IMG/VR virus record: IMGVR_UViG_3300028809_000019
Span: 1 to 50,088 of that record
DNA length: 50,088 nt
Reading direction: 5' to 3' (one strand)
From: a virus
Taxonomy: Duplodnaviria > Caudoviricetes
A model generated the notes under the pieces. That model was not told where the DNA came from. It did no database searches and worked only from the letters and a program-made list of their open reading frames with translations. Both the position numbers and the translations under genes were made by a program. Numbering within the stretch: the stretch's first letter is position 1; each line of letters opens with the position of its first letter. Below are positions 25,870 through 33,345 of this stretch, piece after piece.

Positions 25870-25912
25870 TTGCCCCGGCCAGCCCCGGCCCGTATATTGA
25901 CCGCCATGTCAA
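25870..25912 (+). promoter_or_regulatory. terS promoter TTGCCC-17-TATATT, leaderless; palindrome 25897-25912 overlaps the -10 and the ATG
   Basis: TTGAC-CGCCAT-GTCAA spans ATG 25906; no SD. Confidence 0.65.
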
Positions 25913-26331
25913 AGACCGACGATTACGGCGACACCCTCGAGGCCCAAATGCTGGCGGACTACGTGACCGACGGCATGACGATGATCGACGCTTGCGCGAC
26001 GATGGGTATTCCTCTGCGGACGGCTTACGATCGCCTGAAGGCCAACCCGAAATTTGCCGCACTGATGGACGAGGCGCGGGCCGCCGGCTTCGACGCGATT
26101 GCGAACGGCATCCGCAAAGTTACCCGCGGCGAGCAGGGCCATTCGTCAGGCGACGTGAAGCGCGACCGACTGATCGCCGAGATGGACGCGAAACTGCTAG
26201 CCAAATGGCACCCGAAGAAATACGGCGAAAAGCTCGAGATCGAACAGAAGTCGGCCAGCGTGTCCATCCCCGTCGGCAACGATCCGATCGCTGCGCAGCG
26301 AGCCTACGAGTCTCTCCTGAAAGGCGGCTAA
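25906..26331 (+). CDS. terS: Terminase small subunit
   Basis: N-terminal HTH, F...MDEAR..G.D, RD.L......LLAKW.PKKYG. Confidence 0.85.
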   Translation: MSKTDDYGDTLEAQMLADYVTDGMTMIDACATMGIPLRTAYDRLKANPKFAALMDEARAAGFDAIANGIRKVTRGEQGHSSGDVKRDRLIAEMDAKLLAKWHPKKYGEKLEIEQKSASVSIPVGNDPIAAQRAYESLLKGG

Positions 26332-26335
26332 TCCC

Positions 26336-26968
26336 ATGTCTATCTTCGTCCCCTCGGTCGCTCTGCCGGATGGTAGCCGCCAGTCGGTCGTCCCGACGAT
26401 CCCAGTCGACCAGGAGGGCGCATATACGCCCGTCCCTGACGTGCTGGTGAGCGGTGGCGGCCTGGACGGCACGAACCCCCGGCTGCGGGTGGACGTGGGC
26501 GAACCGAGTTTCTTTGACGGCCGGCAGTTCCGCACGTTCCACGAGTTCAACATGATCCTGGCCGCCGTGCAGGTCATCAAGATCGTCGTGCCGGTGAACG
26601 TCATCCTTTACGGGCTGGTCGTAGCCATCGCGACGGGCGAGATCCGCGTCGAGACGGTAGCGGCCGGCACCGAAGGCGGATCGTTCGCCACGCCCCTGCC
26701 GATCTTCCCGCGCAACACGATGACCGAGCGCCCGACGCCGCTTTACGTCCCGCTCGTCACGATGACGACTGGCGGCACTCTCGCGGGCGGAACGCTACTC
26801 GACGCGCTGATCGTCAAGACGGCGGGCAATACCAACTTCAGCTCGTCGGTCGGCGCGGCTGTCGGTGACGAGCGGGGCGTCGGGCCGGGGACATATTATT
26901 TCCGGTTGACGGCGGTCGAGGCGACGCGCGGCATCCTTCGGGCTCGCTGGGAAGAGCGGTTGCCGTAG
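26336..26968 (+). CDS. Hypothetical beta-rich protein, possibly virion-associated
   Basis: Co-transcribed with terS; Val/Thr/Gly-rich. Confidence 0.75.
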   Translation: MSIFVPSVALPDGSRQSVVPTIPVDQEGAYTPVPDVLVSGGGLDGTNPRLRVDVGEPSFFDGRQFRTFHEFNMILAAVQVIKIVVPVNVILYGLVVAIATGEIRVETVAAGTEGGSFATPLPIFPRNTMTERPTPLYVPLVTMTTGGTLAGGTLLDALIVKTAGNTNFSSSVGAAVGDERGVGPGTYYFRLTAVEATRGILRARWEERLP

Positions 26969-26971
26969 GGC

Positions 26972-27000
26972 TTGACGGCGCGGTCAATACTCGCTAGCTG
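26972..27000 (+). promoter_or_regulatory. Sigma70-type promoter TTGACG-17-TAGCTG containing the palindrome (26972-26987)
   Basis: TTGACGGCGCGGTCAAT; SD and ATG at 27024 downstream. Confidence 0.75.
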
Positions 27001-27023
27001 TCGGGGCGAAGGGAGACTGACCG

Positions 27024-27188
27024 ATGACCGTAACCGACAAGCAACGAGCAGCACGAGCCGCCGCATGGCGCAAGGCGCGCGAAAAGCTCGCCCCGTCCCT
27101 ATGGGTGCGTGCGGCGATTGACGGCCACCTTCAGGGCCGCTCGCCTATAGGCGTTGATCTGGCCGCCTCGCCCCGTAAGGGAGACTGA
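27024..27188 (+). CDS. 54-aa basic protein (not in ORF track)
   Basis: AAGGGAGA SD; MTVTDKQRAARAAAWRKARE... Confidence 0.7.
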   Translation: MTVTDKQRAARAAAWRKAREKLAPSLWVRAAIDGHLQGRSPIGVDLAASPRKGD

Positions 27189-27191
27189 CCG

Positions 27192-27362
27192 ATGCCGGGA
27201 CCACGAGGCAATCGAAAGCCCGTTAACGCCAGACGAACGGCTCGACGAGCCGACCCGGACGTCCCGTTCCCTTGGGCGGACCAACACCGCCAGCACCAGC
27301 AAGGCGATGAGATTGCCTGTTCGTGCGGTCGCCGCTGGCCGGTCGGGGAGAACCACCCGTGA
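27192..27362 (+). CDS. 56-aa protein with H..CSC..H cluster (not in ORF track)
   Basis: Same 18-nt SD/start context as 27024; GTGA coupling to the next gene. Confidence 0.65.
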   Translation: MPGPRGNRKPVNARRTARRADPDVPFPWADQHRQHQQGDEIACSCGRRWPVGENHP

Positions 27363-27775
27363 TTGACGGCTCCTATCTCCTATCGCTGGCGGAGCAGGCC
27401 GAGGCGGCGGCTGGGCCGGACATGGCATTGGATGCTGAGATTGCCCTCGTCACCGGTTGGGAACGGATGCCCGAAAAGCTCCACGCTTGGAAGTCGCCGG
27501 ACGGGATTTATGACCGCTGCCTTATATCGTTCACCGAATCTCTCGACGCTGCGATGACGCTGATACCGCCTGACGCCTTCAAGAAGGTCGCGGTTGGATC
27601 GGGGACGAAGCGCGCGTTCGCCCAATTGATCCACCATCCCGGCGGACCGTTCGGAGGGATCAAGCGCCCCTCAATCTATGTCACAGCCGCAACCCCCGCG
27701 CTCGCTCTCTGCGCCGCCGCCCTGAAAGCCCGCGCCTCTCAATCCCACAGTCAGACAGAGAGGGGGGAGGCGTGA
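27359..27775 (+). CDS. Hypothetical protein, 138 aa
   Basis: GPD.ALDAEIA...FT.SLDAAMTLIP...A.TPALALCAAALKA motif, common in alphaproteobacterial phages (from memory). Confidence 0.75.
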   Translation: MIDGSYLLSLAEQAEAAAGPDMALDAEIALVTGWERMPEKLHAWKSPDGIYDRCLISFTESLDAAMTLIPPDAFKKVAVGSGTKRAFAQLIHHPGGPFGGIKRPSIYVTAATPALALCAAALKARASQSHSQTERGEA

Positions 27776-28104
27776 GCCACAGCATCGTCCGCATCCGTGT
27801 GATCTCCATGTGGGAGAGTTGCAACCGGACCACCTTCTACGTCGAACTGACGACGGACGAGGGCTTCACCATGACGCCCTGCGGCCATGCGACGGGCAGC
27901 GATTACACCGATGGCAAGGGCCTGAGCATCGGAGAGGCGCGGGACCGTGCGCTGACCGATGCGGGCACATGGGGCGACTTTCTGGGCATCGCGCCCGACC
28001 CGTTCCTTGTGGACGGGCAAGAGGCCAAGCCGATCATGCCGATGGAATTGTACACGACGCGCCGAGTTTTGGCCGCGCGCCGAAATCAGGAGACCCCCTC
28101 ATGA
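27772..28104 (+). CDS. Hypothetical protein, 110 aa
   Basis: GGAGG SD; coupled. Confidence 0.7.
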   Translation: MSHSIVRIRVISMWESCNRTTFYVELTTDEGFTMTPCGHATGSDYTDGKGLSIGEARDRALTDAGTWGDFLGIAPDPFLVDGQEAKPIMPMELYTTRRVLAARRNQETPS

Positions 28105-28355
28105 CCCATTCTGACAAAGCGCCCACCGCTGAGCAGGTGGCTAGGAATGTTCCCGAAGCGGCGCGGACATGCGGCGATCTGCTGGACGACTTCCCGTGCA
28201 TCCAGTGCGGTGCGAAAAGCCCTAGCGGCTGTCCGCTAACTCCCCCGCTCACAATCCCGGCAGGAGAAGCCCTCAACCGCACGATTGGGCTGGGGAACCT
28301 GTTGCGCCGCCGTGTCGCGAAGATGCGCGCCCAATCTACGGAGAAAAACCCATGA
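28101..28355 (+). CDS. Hypothetical Cys-containing protein, 84 aa
   Basis: AGGAGA SD; C..CxxC..C; coupled. Confidence 0.65.
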   Translation: MTHSDKAPTAEQVARNVPEAARTCGDLLDDFPCIQCGAKSPSGCPLTPPLTIPAGEALNRTIGLGNLLRRRVAKMRAQSTEKNP

Positions 28356-28522
28356 CTAAACCGCCCCAACCCGTGGTGACGGTGGATGACGTGACGGAAT
28401 TCCTTAACTTCGCGTTCCGCCATATCCGCTTGCCCCTTCTCGACGCCGGGGACATTGACGACATTCGCGCGGGCCTTGAGCAATTCGCCCGCCTCGCGCT
28501 GAAAGGAGCCGGTGACCCATGA
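28352..28522 (+). CDS. 56-aa hypothetical protein (not in ORF track)
   Basis: GGAGA SD and ATGA coupling; MTKPPQPVVTVDDVTEFLNF... Confidence 0.65.
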   Translation: MTKPPQPVVTVDDVTEFLNFAFRHIRLPLLDAGDIDDIRAGLEQFARLALKGAGDP

Positions 28523-28527
28523 CGTTC

Positions 28528-28556
28528 TTGCCGTCCGACCAGCCCTAAGCTATTGT
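28528..28556 (+). promoter_or_regulatory. Putative late promoter TTGCCG-17-TATTGT
   Basis: Same -10 as the restart promoters; -35 like that of terS; begins the terL operon. Confidence 0.6.
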
Positions 28557-28587
28557 CCGCACGAGCAACCCAACCGGAGCCGCGCGA

Positions 28588-28863
28588 ATGACCACGATGA
28601 TCAGCCAAGCCCTCGCCACTACTGGTGCCTGGACGGAGATTGCCGTCGGACCGATCGCGAACATCCTGATCGCCGGCCCGGCAAATGGATGGGAAATATA
28701 CATCGACACAACCGCGCCGGGCGTTGAAGACGTCGGGATGCCCATCACGTCGGTGGATGGCGCGTGGACCTCGAGCGTACTGGCAGCTGGCGAAAGTGTC
28801 TTTGCCCGCCCGTTCGGATCGCGCGCGCAGTCCGGCATGACCATCAGTGGGATGTTCAACTAA
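28588..28863 (+). CDS. Hypothetical beta-rich protein, 91 aa
   Basis: GGAG SD; TAATG coupling. Confidence 0.7.
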   Translation: MTTMISQALATTGAWTEIAVGPIANILIAGPANGWEIYIDTTAPGVEDVGMPITSVDGAWTSSVLAAGESVFARPFGSRAQSGMTISGMFN

Positions 28864-29393
28864 TGGCCCTGCAATTCGGACCAGATGGCGGAGCGGGCGG
28901 CGGTGCTCTGCCGAGCAATCAGGCTATCGTTACCGACGGAGACACAGTGACGGCTTCGGGCGGCCAGACGATCGACATTTCCGTGGCGGACAACGTGGCG
29001 AGTTTTAGCGTCCGATCCTTTCCGTTTTGGGAGCCGTTCACCGTGACGGCAGCAGCGGTTGCGGAATTTGAAGGAAGTTGTGGATTTGTCGCAGGTGATG
29101 CCGGATCTATAACGAATGAACCAGTTGATGGTTTTTCCTTAGTAAAATGCTACACCTATATGGCGGACCTAGTGCCGACTCTGTTCTTTCAAATCAACGG
29201 CCCGACCCCCCTTCGCGATAATTTATGGGGCGCATTGCTCGGAGTGAACGCCGTTGATTTTACTCTTGATGACTATAGCGTTTTTACTGTGATCGGAGCA
29301 GAAGGAGGGTTCGATACGTCTTTTGAAGTACCGGGCGTCACCATGTGGACGGTCGGTCAGGCCGTACCGATCGTAATTATCCCCCAATCGTGA
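28863..29393 (+). CDS. Hypothetical acidic protein, 176 aa, visibly lower GC
   Basis: Coupled to terL by GTGA. Confidence 0.7.
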   Translation: MALQFGPDGGAGGGALPSNQAIVTDGDTVTASGGQTIDISVADNVASFSVRSFPFWEPFTVTAAAVAEFEGSCGFVAGDAGSITNEPVDGFSLVKCYTYMADLVPTLFFQINGPTPLRDNLWGALLGVNAVDFTLDDYSVFTVIGAEGGFDTSFEVPGVTMWTVGQAVPIVIIPQS

Positions 29394-30985
29394 CCCCCGA
29401 TAATTTCGACTGGAAGCACCCCGAGTACGGCCCGATCATAGTCGAACGGTTCCGGCGGCTTCAATATATCCGGGAAAACCCCGAGATCCTGCCCGACCTG
29501 AAGCGTTTCTATCGCGATCAGCCATGGCAGTTCCTGACGGATTGGGGTTGGACCGCCGATCCCCGTAACGTCGAAGTCGGCCTGCCCGTACTCGTGCCGT
29601 TCATCCTGTTCCCGAAGCAGATTGAGTTTGCCAAATGGATCGTCGAACGCTGGAAGGCTCGTGAGCCCGGTGCGGCCGGCAAGTCTCGCGAAGTCGGCGC
29701 GACGTGGGTGGCGGGCAGTCTCGCGGCAACTATGTGCATGTTCAATGACGATCTGGCGATCGGTGTCGGGTCGCGCAAGCTCGAACTTGTCGACTCGCTG
29801 GACGACCCGAAGGCGATCATGCCGAAAATCCGGCAGTTCCTGAACAACTGTCCGCGCGACTTTACCGGCGAATGGTCGAGCCGCGAAAAACTGATCAAAT
29901 TTGCCAACGGATCGACCATTGCGGGCGAAGGGGGCGACGATATTGGCCGCGGCGGCCGAACCTCATGGTATCTGGTCGACGAAAGCGCTTTCCTGCAGCA
30001 CCCCGAGTCGATCGACGCGTCGCTATCGGCCAACACGAACTGCCGTATCGATTTGTCCACGCCGAACGGTTCGGCCAATTCGTTCGCCCGCAAGTTTCTC
30101 GGCTGGCCAGCGAACCGCGTCTTTCAACTCCACTGGCGCGACGATCCCCGCAAGGACGAGGCGTGGTATCAGAAACAGAAAGACCAGTTGGATCCGGTCG
30201 TCCTGGCGCAGGAAGTCGACATGGACTTCAGCGCGTCGGTCGAAGGGATCGTCATTCCATCCGCATGGGTGCAAGCAGCCATCGACGCACATATTCATCT
30301 GGACATTAAGCCGACCGGCGAGCGACTGGCCGCACTGGACATTGCCGACCGCGGCAAGGATCTGAACGCCCTCGCCGCCTGCCGCGGCGTCCTGATCGAC
30401 CATGTGGACCAGTGGACCGGCAAGGACGGCGATATTTATGCGTCGGTCGTCAAGGCATTCGGCCAGTGCGACGATCTGGACGTCGAAGACCTGTTGTACG
30501 ATGCGGACGGCATGGGCGCGGGCGTGCGGGGCGATGCGCGCATGATCAACGAGGCGCGACGGGCGGACGGCTACGAGCATAGCCACGTCCCCCGGCTGAT
30601 CAATGTTCGGGGCTTCCACGGTAGCGGCAAGGTCGAGAAGCCCGATACGAAGATATACCCCGGCGCGAACCGAACGAACGCCGACTATTACAAGAACCTG
30701 AAGGCGCAAAGCTGGGGCAACCTGCGACGGCTATTCCGCGAGACTTTCCGCGCGCGCAGCGAGCCGGGTTATAATTACGATCCGTCCCAGATTATCAGCC
30801 TTTGCAGCAAAATGCCGCTCTTGCAGAAGCTGACGACCGAACTGTCTCAACCGACGTGGGAGCCGGACAATACGGGCAAGATGGTCGTCAACAAACAGCC
30901 TGACGATAGTAAATCGCCAAACCTTGCCGACGCTGTTATGATGGTGAAAAGCGGCGCGCGTCGTCGCATGATTATCAATAGGTAG
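29390..30985 (+). CDS. terL: Terminase large subunit
   Basis: KSREVGATW, GRGGR, VDESAF, LSTPNG; nuclease DIAD.G.D, YDADGMG, SPNLAD. Confidence 0.95.
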   Translation: MTPDNFDWKHPEYGPIIVERFRRLQYIRENPEILPDLKRFYRDQPWQFLTDWGWTADPRNVEVGLPVLVPFILFPKQIEFAKWIVERWKAREPGAAGKSREVGATWVAGSLAATMCMFNDDLAIGVGSRKLELVDSLDDPKAIMPKIRQFLNNCPRDFTGEWSSREKLIKFANGSTIAGEGGDDIGRGGRTSWYLVDESAFLQHPESIDASLSANTNCRIDLSTPNGSANSFARKFLGWPANRVFQLHWRDDPRKDEAWYQKQKDQLDPVVLAQEVDMDFSASVEGIVIPSAWVQAAIDAHIHLDIKPTGERLAALDIADRGKDLNALAACRGVLIDHVDQWTGKDGDIYASVVKAFGQCDDLDVEDLLYDADGMGAGVRGDARMINEARRADGYEHSHVPRLINVRGFHGSGKVEKPDTKIYPGANRTNADYYKNLKAQSWGNLRRLFRETFRARSEPGYNYDPSQIISLCSKMPLLQKLTTELSQPTWEPDNTGKMVVNKQPDDSKSPNLADAVMMVKSGARRRMIINR

Positions 30986-30993
30986 GATGGCGG

Positions 30994-32529
30994 ATGCTCG
31001 ATCGGTTCAAACAGTGGCTGAAAGCCTCCCCGGCGCCGGTAGTCGAGCAGCCCGTCGAGTCTGCGCGTCCGTCGATGACGATCAGCCTCGGGTCGCTCGC
31101 GCTCGCCAAGACACGGCCCGCTTCGACCAAAGCCGACCCTATGAAGCGCCCCGCCGAAGAGGTTTACGCGCCCTACCAATACGCGCCGGGCGTCGTCCCC
31201 GCCGAGATGGCGATGGACCATTCGGGACCGCTCGGCGGAAGCCAACTGACCAACTGGGCTCAGAGTGCACTATTCCACGAGGGCCAAGGGTTCTTCGGGT
31301 TCCCCTATCTGTCCGAACTGTTACAGCGGGCGGAATACCGGCACGCGGCGACTATCTGGGCCGAACATGCTGTCCGTAAGTGGATCAAGATAACGGGCGG
31401 CTCGGCCGACCAGCGCGCAAAGGTCGAGGCGGAATTTGACCGACTGGACGTGCGGACCGTTACGGAAGAATGGTGTTTTCTCGATCAAGGCTATGGGCGC
31501 GGTCAGATATTTCTGGACTTTGGCGACGCGGATAAGCCCGCCGAGCTGATCACGCCTTTGCGTCTGACAAAAACCAAGGTCAACCAGCGTCGACCGCTTC
31601 AGGCGCTCAAGGTCGTCGAACCCGTATGGGCGGCACCGGGCGTCTATGAGACGAGCAACCCGCTAAAGCAGAGTTTTTATAAGCCGAGCGAATGGATCGT
31701 TTACGGCAAGCGCGTGCATCACTCGCGGATGCTGACCATGACCAGCCGCCCCCTATCGGACATGCTGAAGCCCGCCTATGCGTTTGCGGGCCTATCGCTC
31801 GTCCAGATGATGAAGCCCTACGTGGATAACTGGCTGCGCACACGGCAAGCGGTATCCGATATGGTCAACAGCTATTCGATCCTGAACCTCAAGACGGACA
31901 TGTCGTCCACGATGGCCGGCGGCGATTGCTCGGAAGTTTTCAAGCGAGTCGAACTTGCCAACGACGGGCGCGACAACCGAGGCATGTGGGTCACGGACAA
32001 AGACACCGAGGAACTGGTAAATATTGCTGTCCCGCTGTCCGGTCTGCACGAATTGCAGCGGCAAGCCCACGAGCAATTGGCAAGCGTGGCGCGCATCCCG
32101 TTGTCGATCTATATTCAGGTATCGCCCACCGGTCTGAACGCGAACAGCGAGGGGGAGGCGCGCAATTTCTATGCGGACGTCCATTCGCTGCAAGAAAAGA
32201 ACATGCGGCCCGGTCTTTGCGTCATCTTGAAGGCCGTCCAACTCTCCCTGTTCGGCGAGTTGATCGACGGGATGGACTTTGAGTTCCTGCCGCTCTGGGA
32301 GATGGACGACAAGGACAAGGCCGAGATGCGCAAGGTCGATGCGGAGGCCGACGTGGCTTACACAACCGCAGGTATTGTCGATCCCGAAGAGGTCCGCACA
32401 CGCCTGTCGAACGACGAGAATAGCCTATACCACGGGGTCGATCTGACCGATCCGCCGCCCGGCTTTGGGAACGAAGGGACCGACGAAGACCCGAAGGACG
32501 GGGGGGCGCCCGATGCCCAAGACACTTAA
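30994..32529 (+). CDS. Portal protein (DUF1073-like)
   Basis: Follows terL; G.PYL.EL.QR.EYR and P.GLNA.SEGE motifs. Confidence 0.9.
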   Translation: MLDRFKQWLKASPAPVVEQPVESARPSMTISLGSLALAKTRPASTKADPMKRPAEEVYAPYQYAPGVVPAEMAMDHSGPLGGSQLTNWAQSALFHEGQGFFGFPYLSELLQRAEYRHAATIWAEHAVRKWIKITGGSADQRAKVEAEFDRLDVRTVTEEWCFLDQGYGRGQIFLDFGDADKPAELITPLRLTKTKVNQRRPLQALKVVEPVWAAPGVYETSNPLKQSFYKPSEWIVYGKRVHHSRMLTMTSRPLSDMLKPAYAFAGLSLVQMMKPYVDNWLRTRQAVSDMVNSYSILNLKTDMSSTMAGGDCSEVFKRVELANDGRDNRGMWVTDKDTEELVNIAVPLSGLHELQRQAHEQLASVARIPLSIYIQVSPTGLNANSEGEARNFYADVHSLQEKNMRPGLCVILKAVQLSLFGELIDGMDFEFLPLWEMDDKDKAEMRKVDAEADVAYTTAGIVDPEEVRTRLSNDENSLYHGVDLTDPPPGFGNEGTDEDPKDGGAPDAQDT

Positions 32530-33298
32530 CCCCATCCGCCCGGCGGCCCCGACGCGCATCCAGTACCAGAAGCGAGTCGACGCGCTGATCGACGAGATGG
32601 CGGATAGCCTGATGTACTGGCTGAAGGCGGCCTATCGCGCCAACGAGCCCGCCACGGTCGACCTCGGCCATGACGCCCTGCCGTTGCAGAACGCTTTCGA
32701 CAAGCTGCGGCGCCGCTGGCTCCGTCGGTTCGATACGCTCTCCGAGCAACTTTCCGAATGGTTCGCAACGAGCGTCGAGAACCGTGTCGATCGGAATATG
32801 AAAGCGGACATGCGGAAAGCCGGGTTTACCGTCAAGTTCCAGCAGTCTCCGGCCATGCGGGAAGCCTTCGAAGCGGTGGTCGCCGAGAACGTCGCGCTTA
32901 TCAAGTCGATCGGCGCGCAGCATCTGGAAGGCGTGCAGGTCGCCCTGTCGCAGTCCGTCGCCACTGGTCGCGACCTCGCGTCACTGACCGAACATTTGAC
33001 CAAGCGCGTCGGCATCACCAAACGACGGGCCGCGCTCATTGCGCGCGATCAGACGAACAAGGCGACCGCGATGATGGTCCGTACGCGGGCGCTCGAGAAC
33101 GGCATAACCAAGGCGCGCTGGCAGCACTCGGCCGGCGGCAAGACCCCTCGTCCCGAACACGTTCGGGCCAGCCGCGATCGGCTCGTATTCAATCTCGCGG
33201 ACGGCGTGGACTTTGAGAACGGCGAAGGGACGGTCTGGCCGGGGACCGCGATTAACTGCAGGTGCGTGGCGATACCCGTAATTCCCGGCTTTGATTAG
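32513..33298 (+). CDS. Head morphogenesis protein (Mu F / SPP1 gp7-like)
   Basis: RA.LIARDQ, W.HS....PR..H, PG..INCRC. Confidence 0.92.
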   Translation: MPKTLNPIRPAAPTRIQYQKRVDALIDEMADSLMYWLKAAYRANEPATVDLGHDALPLQNAFDKLRRRWLRRFDTLSEQLSEWFATSVENRVDRNMKADMRKAGFTVKFQQSPAMREAFEAVVAENVALIKSIGAQHLEGVQVALSQSVATGRDLASLTEHLTKRVGITKRRAALIARDQTNKATAMMVRTRALENGITKARWQHSAGGKTPRPEHVRASRDRLVFNLADGVDFENGEGTVWPGTAINCRCVAIPVIPGFD

Positions 33299-33345
33299 CC
33301 GCCGCCTTGCCGTATTGTAGGCTTTCATAATTATTGGAGCCCCCA

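Noticed and set aside
25688-26062. Track ORFs crossing the origin region (25688-26062 minus; 25737-26450 plus)
   Set aside because: They overlap terS in other frames and lack SD or motifs
30994-32529. Portal as anti-CBASS Acb1 (a label DUF1073 proteins often receive)
   Set aside because: Size, position after terL and motifs indicate a portal; no separate 2H-phosphoesterase domain is evident
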